Source of the DNA: Ylistrum balloti
Lineage: Eukaryota
NCBI RefSeq assembly: GCF_031769215.1
Contig: NW_026782045.1
Location: forward strand, 1,240,001 to 1,304,000
Length of the DNA stretch: 64,000 nt
Direction of reading: 5' to 3'
In this document: positions 27,160-39,424 of the stretch, one piece after another
How the letters are laid out: each line of letters opens with the position of its first letter
Position numbering within the stretch: position 1 is the first letter of the stretch
Position numbers and translations under genes: made by a program
Notes under the pieces: model-generated
What the model saw: only the letters and a program-made list of their open reading frames with translations
Database searches by the model: none
Told to the model about the DNA's origin: nothing

Positions 27160-27270
27160 CATTACTGAACGTCAATGGCTTATTCAACACAGTGATTAAC
27201 TTCGATATTATCTGTGTGTTTTAGTCTGTCACATGATCTGAAGCCTGCTTCTTGTTTCTATAAATAAATA
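27160..27270 (-). promoter_or_regulatory. Candidate Rab32/38 promoter and first exon ending in ATG|GTAAGT
   Basis: ATG at 27162-27160 is followed directly by GTAAGT in phase 0, with an in-frame TGA upstream. A TATA-like tatttatag lies at ~27266-27258. Splicing to 11926 would give MAGATENAKKEHLYK. Confidence 0.5.
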
Positions 27271-28529
27271 TCGTAAAGTAGTCGTGTGTATTGGAGGGGT
27301 GTCGTAATAGTCACAGTTGTTTACACAATTTGAATGTTCATTTACGAAATCGTGATTAATTATACGGAAATTGGATTTCTAGAATGATACAGTTAGTCAC
27401 AAATTAATGAACTTCTTCTTAGGTTTTTAGAGGAATATATATTTACGACATCAAGTCACAAGACATGACATTTATGCGAAGTTGTGTTCGAATACCAGGC
27501 GGGACAGATTTTTTTTTAATTTATCTAGTTGTTTATTTATTTATTCATTCTTTTTATGGAACTCAGCGCCTTGAATAATCTCCCTTATGTCATGAGACAT
27601 TTTTAATAAAGCTCTAAGATGTTTTATGTTCAATACTTAAATTTATTAACGGTTTATACAGGTAAAACAAAAGGCATGTAACAGAAGTTAATCAATGTAT
27701 CAACTATCTAGCTATAACAGTCAATGATTAATCTACTCTCATATTCTGATAACGAAACATGCTTATCTTTTTATTGCTATTTTGTTTGGTAGGTTGTCTT
27801 TACAACTTTACAAATAAATTTAATGAATTACTGATTTCCAAAAAAACATTAAACAATGGACTCTGATGATGATATAGTCTCTTCTGCTTTCTCAGTCCTG
27901 ATGTGGACATGTGACATTAATATGGTCTTATTACTGCATCTTTAACATCAATTAAAGATGATTTCTCAGTTCAGAACAACACAAATACACATGTTACACA
28001 ACAAGTGGTTGTTGAATACGGCAAATTTCTGTATTTATATGCCAATCTCGCATACAGTAACACTATAGAAATGATATCCATCATCTTAGCTATCTGCATT
28101 ATCCTATTCATCTTTCCAGCTAGTAAATGTTACTTTCCTTACACGTATTATCTCCCCTTTCCCATCACCAACGTAAACTAGTGCATTGCGTTATATCGTA
28201 CGGGTCATAGCGTTGTTGGACGTATCGATTGATTTCATTTTAACTCTACCGGATAAGAAAGTTTGATATAGGATTATCACATGTAACCCGAATGTCTCTA
28301 TGTCCTTATCTGTACAGTGTCCAGAGAGATATTATCTCATGACCGATCATTCTGGATCTAATGAGTCAGAATCGGATTTATCTAGTTTCCTGGTGTTCTT
28401 CTGACTTTACAACTTTATTTTAGCGAAGTAAGAATTTGTTCACCTACGTATAAAAATCACTTTAAAAGAAGAATTTTGACCTCCTTTTCAATGAACTATA
28501 GATTTAAGCTGTGAATCCTTTACCGAGAC

Positions 28530-29560
28530 ATGACCTTCCTGTCAACGTGTTATAATCAATGGTAAACAGCTTTATTAAGCCTACACCACAACAATGAAGT
28601 TGTTTGCTGACGACACATCTCTACGAGTCGTTTTGGAATCGCCGGATCTGAGGGCAGTCCCCTTAAATGATAATCTTACGAAAGTTTACGAGTGGTCAAA
28701 AGACATAGCTGGTGAACCTTTCAAAACTGTAACACTGACCGTAAACAAGAAATTCGACAAACCCGTCACCCCTCTTACTTCATGAACATTTCACTAATGG
28801 AAATCATTTGTCACAAACGCCTATATTTATTACTGTCTCAGTTACCTGGCTTTGGACTAACCATCTTAGGAATATTAAATTTAGCATTGACAGAACGTCC
28901 TTTAAAACAACAAATATTACTTTTATATGACCCTTGATAGAATGCAGTGATATTGTATAGGACAACTTAACTTTATGATCTAAAGTCGTTTATTAGAAAA
29001 TATACATCTAAAAGTAGCCAGAATCAGGACCGGGGCTACCAAACTCACCGGACAGACTACACTTACAATAAGGTTGGGAACCCCTCGTTGTCCGCAAGAG
29101 CAAACATAAGATTATTAAAATTCACAAGATTGTCCATCGTCAGTGTTTTTCTTACACTAAAAACCATACTTCATTCTCGACATTGTAGTTTTACATTATT
29201 GCAACACCAAAAGACCCTACCATTTTTATCAAAGATTCCCTCCTACACTCATCTTATGATCTCTAAAACTCAATTCCATGTGACATATGCCATGAAATAC
29301 AATCTATGAACTACAAACGTTTAAAAATTCCTAAATACCGATACTCTAACTGTCCCTTCGTACTATTAAAACTCTAGAAGTAGACACAGTCAGATCCACC
29401 ATACGCGGGATGAATTACAGTCCCTTTAATAGTTAATTGTATACACTAAACATAATATGGTCTCCTGTATTTCCACGATCAATGTGCTGAAACTTCATCG
29501 GGTGTCCTTACTATCTGCAGCTCAGATTTGATATTTCTACAGTCTTTCTCTAAATATGGA
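28530..29560 (+). mobile_element. Degenerate CR1/L2-like LINE reverse transcriptase remnant
   Basis: RVIING..., KLFADDTSL (RT FADD motif), LIECSDIV*DN, ARIRTGATKLT and a CPYY tail appear in order, with stops and frameshifts. Confidence 0.75.
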
Positions 29561-31062
29561 TATCAGAATCTTACTACAAAGTAGTCCAGAAAAGCCATTT
29601 CAGTACGGCAAAACTAAGTTTGGTCTTATTCAAAACTTTATCTGTCACTTCAAACGTTTTAAATAAGACAATTTCCTTTAAGAACAATATGTAATTTATA
29701 GTTACTTGTCACAGCCTTGTCCAAAACACGTGTGTGACACGACACGTGTTCTTACTACTATAGTGTACTATTCATTAACGAAACCTCGTGGTGCTTCATA
29801 GGGCGCATATATATATTCATAATGTGTTAACATCTAATGCGTATAATTGCTGATTTTCTTTGCAGGTTAAAAGCAAAGAGAATGTTATTTCAAAACGAAA
29901 ATTTACCATAATTTTTCATCTTACACATGCCATACACCAAATGAATGAAACTTTTTGTGTTCACATGTATTGTAGTGTAAAATTGAGAAAAAAAAATGTT
30001 GTTGTTTTTTTTTTTTTTTTTTAAATTTTTTCTCGCCACCACTTAGAAAAACAAATATTAAAAAAAACTTCGAGCACTCGATTTATAAAATCTTGAAGAT
30101 GAGATTCATAAAATTACATATGAAATGGCGACTCCCCAAAGAGGACGTCGAGGGAAAAAACCCACGTAATTAAAGAAGTTAAACAGATCTGTTCTACTTC
30201 ACTCCTGTTGGGAACTTAATAATAACACATTGCTTGAAATGATAAACCCATCCCAAAATCTGAAAATGCGTGCGAACTTCTGCTTAGCATTGTGAGGGGA
30301 AAAAACCCGATATTTTATGACAGTGTTTACATGATTGTGTCTTGTTTGCTGAACTATGATAAATACATGTCCACGTACACAGTGTATTGTCGCTGGAATG
30401 CCGATGTTTTTTCCCTTGTTCTGACAGGTTTTGGGCGGACCTATGATGCCTTTATTTGCCCACGTTACAACGTGTATTGACATATATAGTAATTTCCGGT
30501 GATTAGTGGTAATGTGTAGTAGGAATAACATTACTCTAATGTTTTATGTTCCCATTGATTGGTAATCTAAACGCCGTTTTCTCAAACGCCTACCACCAGC
30601 TGTCGCCTACAGAATGGTTTTGTCTCTAACATAACATGGTATGATAAATAAATATAATACTTTGAAAATTAGAAAATATTTTTTCATCTCATATACTTTT
30701 CAACATTTATTTTATGAATATTAAAGTAAAAAAAATTATTACCTCAGCGCGTATAAATCCGTGAAACTGTCCACCCTTTCTATATCAGCATTTTCCCTAT
30801 CACTGTGAAGTGATACACATCACATCTAGCATTAGACATCGGTAAAGGAACGTGGATACGACAAGTAGAAATAAAATCCTTTAAGAAGTCTTGTATTAAA
30901 AATACCGCAACCATTATGTTGCATACTTTCTTTGCGTGTGGGATCGTATGATCACTTAAGTCAAAATCAGTTAACACCTTAGTAAAGGAAACCATTTCAA
31001 GTGCATCGACAGCTGTGTCCAAAAAAACACCCCTGTCTGGAATTACCTGATACATGAAATAA

Positions 31063-32275
31063 GACAGACCAGATATGTGATATCAGACATGTTAGAACAG
31101 ACCAGATATATGATATAAGACATGTTAGGACAGACCAGATATGTGATATTAGAAATGTAAGGACAGACCAGATATGTGATATTAGAAATGTTAGGATAGA
31201 CCAGATATGTGGTATTAGAAATGTTAGCTCAGACCAGATATATGATATTGGAAATGTTAGGACAGACCAGATATGTGATATTAGACATGTTAGGACAGAC
31301 CAGATATGTGATATTAGACATGTAAGGACAGACCAGATATGTGATATTAGAAATGTTAGCTCAGACCAGATATATGATATTGGAAATGTTAGGACAGACC
31401 AGATATGTGATATTAGACATGTTAGGACAGACCAGATATGTGATATTAGACATATAAGGACAGACCAGATATGTGATATTAGACATGTTAGCTCAGACCA
31501 GATATATGATATTGGAAATGTTAGGACAGACCAGATATGTGATATTAGACATGTAAGGACAGACCAGATATGTGATATTAGACATATAAGGACAGACCAG
31601 ATATGTGATATCAGACATGTTAGGACAGACCAGATATGTGATATCAGGCATGTTAGGACAGACCAGATATGTGATATTAGAAATGCTAGCTCAGACCAGA
31701 TATATGATATTGGAAATGTTAGGACAGACCAGATATGTGATATTAGACATGTTAGGACAGACCAGATACGTGATATTAGACATGTAAGGACAGACCAGAT
31801 ATGTGATATTAGAAATGTAAGGACAGACCAGATATGTGATATTAGACATGTAAGGACAGACCAGATATGTGATATCAGACATGTTAGGACAGACCAGATA
31901 TGTGATATTAGACATGTTAGGATAGACCAGATATGTGATATTAGACATGTAAGGACAGACCAGATATGTGATATTAGACATGTTAGGACAGACCAGATAT
32001 GTGATATTAGACATGTAAGGACAGACCAGATATGTGATATTAGACATGTAAGGACAGACCAGATATGTGATATCAGACATGTTAGGACAGACCAGATATG
32101 TGATATTAGAAATGTTAGGACAGACCAGATATGTGATATTAGACATGTTAGGACAGACCAGATATGTGATATTAGACATGTAAGGACAGACCAGATATGT
32201 GATATTAGACATGCTTGGACAGACCAGATATGTGATATTAGACATGCTTGGACAGACCAGATATGTGATATTAAT
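31063..32275. repeat. 33-bp minisatellite, ~37 copies
   Basis: Unit gacagaccagatatgtgatattagacatgt(t/a)ag, which gives the 11-aa periodic ORFs. Confidence 0.95.
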
Positions 32276-32691
32276 GTTGCCGTGTTACCGAGTGTAAATT
32301 TGATGAATTGAATTATTGCGATCGTATTTAGAAATTACGATTACCTCATGAAGCATATTGCAAAATATATTGCTATGTCAATTTGATATCAATATTTAAT
32401 GTGCCTATGTAAACAGTCAGTCTAGCATATTTATCCATTACAACAGCTATATACTGACATGATACCTTTGCTTATTTGGGTTAACAATATTGCCACCCAT
32501 TTTTGTTCGAAGCTTGAAACGCTACAGAAGGGATCTTCCACAGGCCAAATTTTGGTGTGTCAACAATCTTCAGTGTTGTGCAATTTAGGAGAATAGGGTC
32601 AGTATCACGGCTAGTACTGTGTACTTCTTGTAATTCATCTTTTAATTCTTTTAATTGAAACAAATATGATATCACTTTTTCAACAGCAAGA

Positions 32692-32870
32692 ATACTGCCA
32701 GATATTTTCGCGGGAATGATATTTCCGCTATTTGAAATTAGTACGTGATATAATAAGACACGTGTAGTCATATCCAGATCGCGAAATTTTCATTCGTTAA
32801 ACCATGATTTATAACCTTTTTATCAGAAAATCGCAATATCTAACCCGCGAAAATACTAGACATACTGTAT
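32692..32870. mobile_element. Small MITE-like element
   Basis: tattttcgcggg at ~32703-32714 and its reverse complement cccgcgaaaata at ~32844-32855. Confidence 0.45.
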
Positions 32871-33461
32871 TCATCAGTCACAAATTTGCGATATCACAAT
32901 CCATATTGATTAAGACAAATTAAAAGTTAAATGATAGTAAATGGGTTTAAAAATAGCCGTGAAGTGACAGTGAGGCACTTCAATATATTTGACTGACTAC
33001 AATGTAGAAAAAGTACAAGACGGATACGACTAAATGTTCCGGAAGAGTAAGCGTCTTTTGCTACATCAACAACATCCCTCTATGTAAACCTTGGCCAATC
33101 GATGCAAGTATTGTCACGTTCTCAAATAGAACAATGGAACCAACTGGCAAATCAACGAGCATCAAACACGTCCAGCTTTATATCGCACAAAGAAATATTT
33201 TCTTGGGAAAATATCAAATGAAATATCACACCAACTGATATTAAATATTTTGTTGAAGAAATCAGCATACATAGTGATTGAGGGAAGAAGATATTTTTGA
33301 AGACAGATTTATATCTTCCGTATAATGTCATAAGATTGTGGTGTAAAGTATCGTCTATTTATTTAATAGTAATTTTCATATGTTGATATGTGTTTAAAAG
33401 TCGAGTAATTATTTATTGTATCAGGCGGAAGTTCCGCATTAACGTGTTCCGTCCAGGATCT

Positions 33462-35628
33462 AAACGTGCGGAGAGGAAAGTCTGTCAATTACGTGTGGAG
33501 AGGAAAGTCTATCACTTACGTGTGGAAAGGAAAGTCTATCACTTACGTGTGGAAAGGAAAGTCTGTCACTTATGTGTAGAGAGGAAAGTCTGTCAGTTAC
33601 GTGTAGAGAGGAATGTCTATCACTTACGTGTGGAGAGGAAAGTCTGTCACTTACGTGTAGAGAGGAATGTCTATCACTTACGTGTAGAGAGGAAAGTCTG
33701 TCAGTTACGTGTGGAGAGGAAAGTCTGTCAATTACGTGTGGAGAGGAAAGTCTATCACTTACGTGTGGAAAGGAAAGTCTGTCACTTATGTGTAGAGAGG
33801 AAAGTCTGTCACTTACGTGTAGAGAGGAATGTCTATCACTTACGTGTGGAGAGGAAAGTCTGTCACTTACGTGTAGAGAGGAATGTCTATCACTTACGTG
33901 TAGAGAGGAAAGTCTGTCAGTTACGTGTGGAGAGGAAAGTCTGTCAATTACGTGTGGAGAGGAATGTCTATCACTTACGTGTGGAGAGGAATGTCTATCA
34001 CTTACGTGTAGAGAGGAAAGTCTGTCACTTACGTGTAGAGAGGAATGTCTATCACTTACGTGTGGAGAGGAATGTCTATCACTTACGTGTAGAGAGGAAT
34101 GTCTATCACTTACGTGTAGAGAGGAAAGTCTGTCAGTTACGTGTGGAGAGGAAAGTCTGTCAGTTACGTGTGGAGAGGAAAGTCTGTCACTTACGTGTAG
34201 AGAGGAATGTCTATCACTTACGTGTAGAGAGGAAAGTCTGTCACTTACGTGTAGAGAGGAATGTCTATCACTTACGTGTGGAGAGGAATGTCTATCACTT
34301 ACGTGTAGAGAGGAATGTCTATCACTTACGTGTAGAGAGGAATGTCTATCACTTACGTGTAGAGAGGAATGTCTATCACTTACGTGTAGAGAGGAATGTC
34401 TATCACTTACGTGTAGAGAGGAAAGTCTGTCACTTACGTGTGGAGAGGAATGTCTATCACTTACGTGTAGAGAGGAAAGTCTGTCACTTACGTGTAGAGA
34501 GGAAAGTCTGTCAGTTACGTGTAGAGAGGAAAGTCTGTCACTTACGTGTGGAGAGGAAAGTCTGTCACTTACGTGTAGAGAGGAATGTCTATCACTTACG
34601 TGTAGAGGGTCTATCACTTACGTGTGGAGAGGAAATCACTTACGTGTAGAGAGGAATGTCTATCACTTACGTGTGGAGAGGAAAGTCTGTCACTTACGTG
34701 TGGAGAGGAATGTCTATCACTTACGTGTAGAGAGGAATGTCTATCACTTACGTGTAGAGAGGAATGTCTATCACTTACGTGTAGAGAGGAAAGTCTGTCA
34801 CTTACGTGTGGAGAGGAATGTCTATCACTTACGTGTAGAGAGGAATGTCTATCACTTACGTGTAGAGAGGAAAGTCTGTCAGTTACGTGTAGAGAGGAAA
34901 GTCTGTCACTTACGTGTAGAGAGGAAAGTCTGTCACTTACGTGTGGAGAGGAATGTCTATCACTTACGTGTAGAGAGGAATGTCTATCACTTACGTGTAG
35001 AGAGGAAAGTCTGTCACTTACGTGTAGAGAGGAATGTCTATCACTTACGTGTGGAGAGGAAAGTCTGTCACTTACGTGTAGAGAGGAAAGTCTGTCACTT
35101 ACGTGTAGAGAGGAAAGTCTGTCACTTACGTGTGGAGAGGAAAGTCTGTCACTTACGTGTGGAGAGGAATGTCTATCACTTACGTGTAGAGAGGAAAGTC
35201 TATCACTTACGTGTAGAGAGGAAAGTCTGTCACTTACGTGTAGAGAGGAATGTCTATCACTTACGTGTAGAGAGGAATGTCTATCACTTACGTGTAGAGA
35301 GGAAAGTCTGTCAGTTACGTGTAGAGAGGAAAGTCTGTCACTTACGTGTGGAGAGAGAAGTGTCTATCACTTACGTGTGGAGAGGAAAGTGTGACACTTA
35401 TGTGTAGAGAGGAATGTCTATCACTTACGTGTGGAGAGGAAAGTCTGTCACTTACGTGTGGAGAGGAAAGTCTGTCAGTTACGTGTGGAGAGGAAAGTGT
35501 GACACTTACGTGTAGAGAGGAAAGTGTGACACTTACGTGTAGAGAGGAATGTCTATCACTTACGTGTGGAGAGGAAAGTCTGTCAGTTACGTGTGGAGAG
35601 GAAAGTCTGTCAGTTACGTGTGGAGAGA
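33462..35628. repeat. 27-bp minisatellite, ~80 copies
   Basis: Unit cacttacgtgt(a/g)gagaggaa(a/t)gtct(g/a)t, with 9-aa periodic ORFs in several frames and a register break near 34605-34640. Confidence 0.97.
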
Positions 35629-36491
35629 TTCCTGCGTTACGGACGCTTTGTCACCTACATATGGATAAGTTAGTTCACGGGGAAAGGGAAAGCCGATGTC
35701 TAACGAGCAGAGATGAAGAATTTATCGCTTACGCATGGATTGGATAGCATGTCATTTACGAAGGAAGGGAAAAGCCTATCGGCGAATTTTGTGAGCAAAA
35801 TCCGACCTCTTAATTATTTGTGTATAGGTATAACGCAGGAGATGTGTATGACTAATAGCCTGGGGCATAACGACGTGTACAAACCACCAAATAGACAGTT
35901 AAGTCAGTGTGTATAGGATTAGTGATAGTATGTGCCATGTTAAGTGTAACACCATGGTTTGATCAGTGACAACACCAGCCAAAAGTTGTGTTGCAGAAGG
36001 CGTTCCCTTCTCTATGTGACTTCTAATTGGAGATATGTTAGTGTAGCAAAGTAGATCAGTGGTGAAATTTCAGACTACTTTTTGATATTGTTGAAGTTGG
36101 AGATCTTTGACTGTGATAAGATTTGAAGTTACTTACCATGGAATGATTTATCTGTAACAATGTCAATCTAAGTATTAATGTTTCACAGCAACCAAGCTTA
36201 AGATTTAAAAGTATAAAAACACAACTCTCTATAGTGATGTTTATCACAGGACAGCAACCCCTGTTGTGGTATATTTGGATGTAACACCGATACAGTTCAA
36301 ACTAGATAAACATTTGAATGTTACATTTTGATGTGACTAGAATCACAGATTTTTTTTTATTATTTTCTATTATCCAGCTGAGATGAAGATTGCTTAAAAC
36401 GAGGTTGAGACAACTTTCACGTGTCTACAAGCATTCGGACTTTTTAGCGACAACATTTTGTTCAATTGACAAGTCAAAAAGTTACAGGATT

Positions 36492-36718
36492 CGTGTGACA
36501 AAACCTCAAAGTGGCAGTTTTTTATGTGTCAGAACCTAAAAGTAGCAGTTTTCTTTTATTGAGACAAAAAATCATAAAGTGGCACTTTTCGTGCGACAAA
36601 AACTCGTAAAGTTGCAGTTTTCTTGTGACAAAATTTCTAAGAGGCAGTGTATGTGTGACAAAGATTCATAAAGTGGCACTTTTCGTGTGACCAGTTGTAA
36701 AGTGGCAGTTTTTGTGTG
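36492..36718. repeat. Degenerate ~29-30-bp tandem repeat, ~8 copies, just upstream of GPCR 1
   Basis: Recurring gtgacaaaa...aaagtggcagtttt. Confidence 0.75.
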
Positions 36719-36776
36719 ATGATCGGGATCAACAGTGACAAGTCAATTTGTTAATTGCGTGGTGATTTTTTTCACG

Positions 36777-37934
36777 ATGGATGCTAACACCACAATGGAC
36801 GTTCCAACCTTATCTATGATCGAATTTCAAGATTACATTGAGAATGACATCCCCGTGTCTATCTATCTCACCATCCTCAGCGTTATTGGCACTGTCGGTA
36901 ATGTGCATGCTGTATTTGTTTATTTTCTTCGTTACAAACCATCAAATCACAGGACTTTTGTGGTTTGGTTAGCGGCTATTGATTTCATCGCATGTTTGTT
37001 CAGTATACCCTTTGAACTCTTTGACATTCGGTTCAGTTGCACGTTCACTATAGACGGCCTATGCCGCTTCTTCCGGTATCTCGGCCATTTTGTCAGCATG
37101 AGCAGCGGTTCACTTCTTGGGGTGATAGCGGTAGAGAGATTCCGAAAGGCATGCCGACCATTCGATAGACAATTAGAAGGAAGAGGTGCAATGATCGCTT
37201 GTATTGTCACTGTTGTAATATCTGCTGTGATATCGATACCTGCTCTGGTGATGTATGGATCCCAGGTCGAAATAGTCGATAACTATGATATAAACGGAAC
37301 GGACTGTAAAGTTCTAGACAAATTCAAGGACAGTTTAGTGTTCAAAGGGTTCAACTTGTTGCTGTTGTTTATAAGTACCGCTGTGTTCATAGCGTGTGTC
37401 GTTATCTATATATTCATTGGACGTGTATTATACCAACAGTACAAGTTTAGAAGTTCGCTCCAGGTGAAAAAATCTGTTTCTACAGTAATGGACAAGTCTG
37501 TATCCTCGGACACCCTCCACACCATGCAGGAGGAGGAATCAAGCATGGCAAATCCCGTAATGTCAAGGACGAAAATATTTGGACAGAACGGAGATAAACC
37601 GATGAAAATTAAACCAAAGAATCCCAAACGATTCGATAGGAGCAAACAAATCACTTTAATGTTTCTTGTAGCTACTGGTGTGTCGTATTTGGGTTATCTC
37701 CCCTCCTTGATTCTCACGCTCATCAAAGCAGCTTCGAAGAATTCAAATAATGTTATCGACAGTCTTCTAGGTCCAGTCGGTGGTATTTTCCTGAGAGGTT
37801 ACTTTATAAGTAATGTTACAAATCCACTTGTCTACTGTTTCCTCGACGACAAATTCCGTGAGGAATGCAAAGCAATGTATAAAATACTAGGGATGCGAAT
37901 TAGTAAGTGTTTCCATCGTCCATCATCCAGGTGA
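36777..37934 (+). CDS. Intronless class A (rhodopsin-like) orphan GPCR, 385 aa
   Basis: Seven hydrophobic segments with GTVGN (TM1), LAAID (TM2), AVERF (TM3), GYLP (TM6) and NPLVY (TM7), Cys at the top of TM3 and in ECL2, and an N-terminal NTT sequon. The first ATG is at 36777 (the ORF track starts at GTG 36735). Confidence 0.93.
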   Translation: MDANTTMDVPTLSMIEFQDYIENDIPVSIYLTILSVIGTVGNVHAVFVYFLRYKPSNHRTFVVWLAAIDFIACLFSIPFELFDIRFSCTFTIDGLCRFFRYLGHFVSMSSGSLLGVIAVERFRKACRPFDRQLEGRGAMIACIVTVVISAVISIPALVMYGSQVEIVDNYDINGTDCKVLDKFKDSLVFKGFNLLLLFISTAVFIACVVIYIFIGRVLYQQYKFRSSLQVKKSVSTVMDKSVSSDTLHTMQEEESSMANPVMSRTKIFGQNGDKPMKIKPKNPKRFDRSKQITLMFLVATGVSYLGYLPSLILTLIKAASKNSNNVIDSLLGPVGGIFLRGYFISNVTNPLVYCFLDDKFREECKAMYKILGMRISKCFHRPSSR

Positions 37935-38640
37935 TAACTTCCGGTTTAAATATAATGATCTAGGAGATACCAGATTTTATTCTCATCAGTCAACACATAT
38001 GAAATAATTTGTGTTTGTGTTCATGTCCAGTTAAGGTATTATTCAATAAGCTAATGTAACTAGCAGTCTGAAGGTAATACTGAGCGGACAGCGCTCTGAT
38101 GTTCTTCCTTATAAATAAACGTACATAGAATCCATACGAAAACATTATTACACATCTTGGAGTTAATGGAAAGACGAACCGCATACCATTATCTAATTTT
38201 TCTTCTTATCTACACACAATTACGTATGTAGTGTCAACACTCCTTTTTTTACCTTGGGCTGAGACGAGCTGCAAAACCGGAAGTAGAAATAAGTAATTAA
38301 ATGGAGTATGATGATTAGATGTTGTTAACTCTTCGTGTGTCTATTCTATTGTTTATTTATATTTTAAGTGTAGTGAAACGAATGAATTAAATATGACAGG
38401 AAACAAAAATGCTGTTTTTTTTAAAGTGAAATAAATTTGGTCTTTCTCATGCCTCGAGTAGTTTTCATATGACAGGCACTTTTGTATCTCACTCTACCTA
38501 TCCAAAGACAGGATAGGTATTAAGTTCGTGGGGTAGAGCGAACATATCAGGGAGGTCACAAACCCGGATTCTGATATATGTTACACATATGTAGATGTAA
38601 CGAATGTGTGGAGGAAGATAATCTAACACGACTCCACTTA

Positions 38641-38645
38641 CGTCG

Positions 38646-38683
<38 letters not shown>

Positions 38684-38726
38684 GTCGTCGTCGTCGTCAT
38701 CGTCGTCGTCGTCGTCGCCGCCGCCA
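38641..38726. repeat. Compound microsatellite (CAT)n(CGT)n(CGC)n
   Basis: Read directly from the sequence. Confidence 0.9.
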
Positions 38727-39424
38727 TTAATAATATTCTACACTTACAGGAAATGTTCATTTATAGATTTTCTGTAGTTTTTAAGAGGCATATGTTTTAG
38801 TTTTAAAATGCTAGTAAAATTGTAAGAATTCAGCTGATGTGTGTTGCTGTATCTAATAACCAGAGGTAAGTAGCATAGAATATTTGGTAGATGAAAGAGC
38901 TGAAACATTATTAGGAATCTTATGAGATCACTCGGTTTGTTTCGTGAATTTTTTTCAAATGTATTTTATTTTTGTTCACAAAAAACAGTAGTGAACAAAC
39001 ACCAACCAATTTACGAAGACAGAGCGAACGAACTTCTGTGAGCGAGATACGATTAGGAATTCTTTTATAACCAGAATTCACCATTTCAAAAAGTCACATT
39101 ATGACCCATTGACAGTTGCATCACATCTTGCTTTGGTCAATTCATCTCTACTTCGCCCGGTTTTACACTGTATGGTCTGATTTCCGGTTAACGACAGTTT
39201 AATTCCCCTACTTAAACTTATTGAATTATATCTATTTTACAAGGCTGCGATCTCTCGTGTTTCAAGGATGAGTCAAAGTCCCTTAAAACTGTCATTTTTA
39301 CTGATAGGATGTGCCAAGCACAAAATGTTCTTACAGACGTAATATATAGTTTGACGAAAGACTTACTTGACCTTTGGAACTTTTGCTATTTGATACAAAC
39401 TTTCTTATTATACATTGTACAGTA

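Noticed and set aside
27860-28440. Minus-strand frame that reads somewhat protein-like
   Set aside because: Stop density (about 7 in 140 codons) is what AT-rich non-coding DNA would give.
31605-32245. 11-aa periodic ORFs on both strands
   Set aside because: They result from the 33-bp array.
33390-35747. Long ORFs of up to 611 aa (HLRVERKVC / LTCREESLS repeats)
   Set aside because: They are translations of a stop-poor 27-bp tandem repeat, open in several frames on both strands, with no unique domain.
36137-36139. Another minus-strand ATG|GTAAGT, also ATG|GTAAAC at 16345-16343
   Set aside because: There is no supporting promoter evidence, and such short matches are expected by chance.
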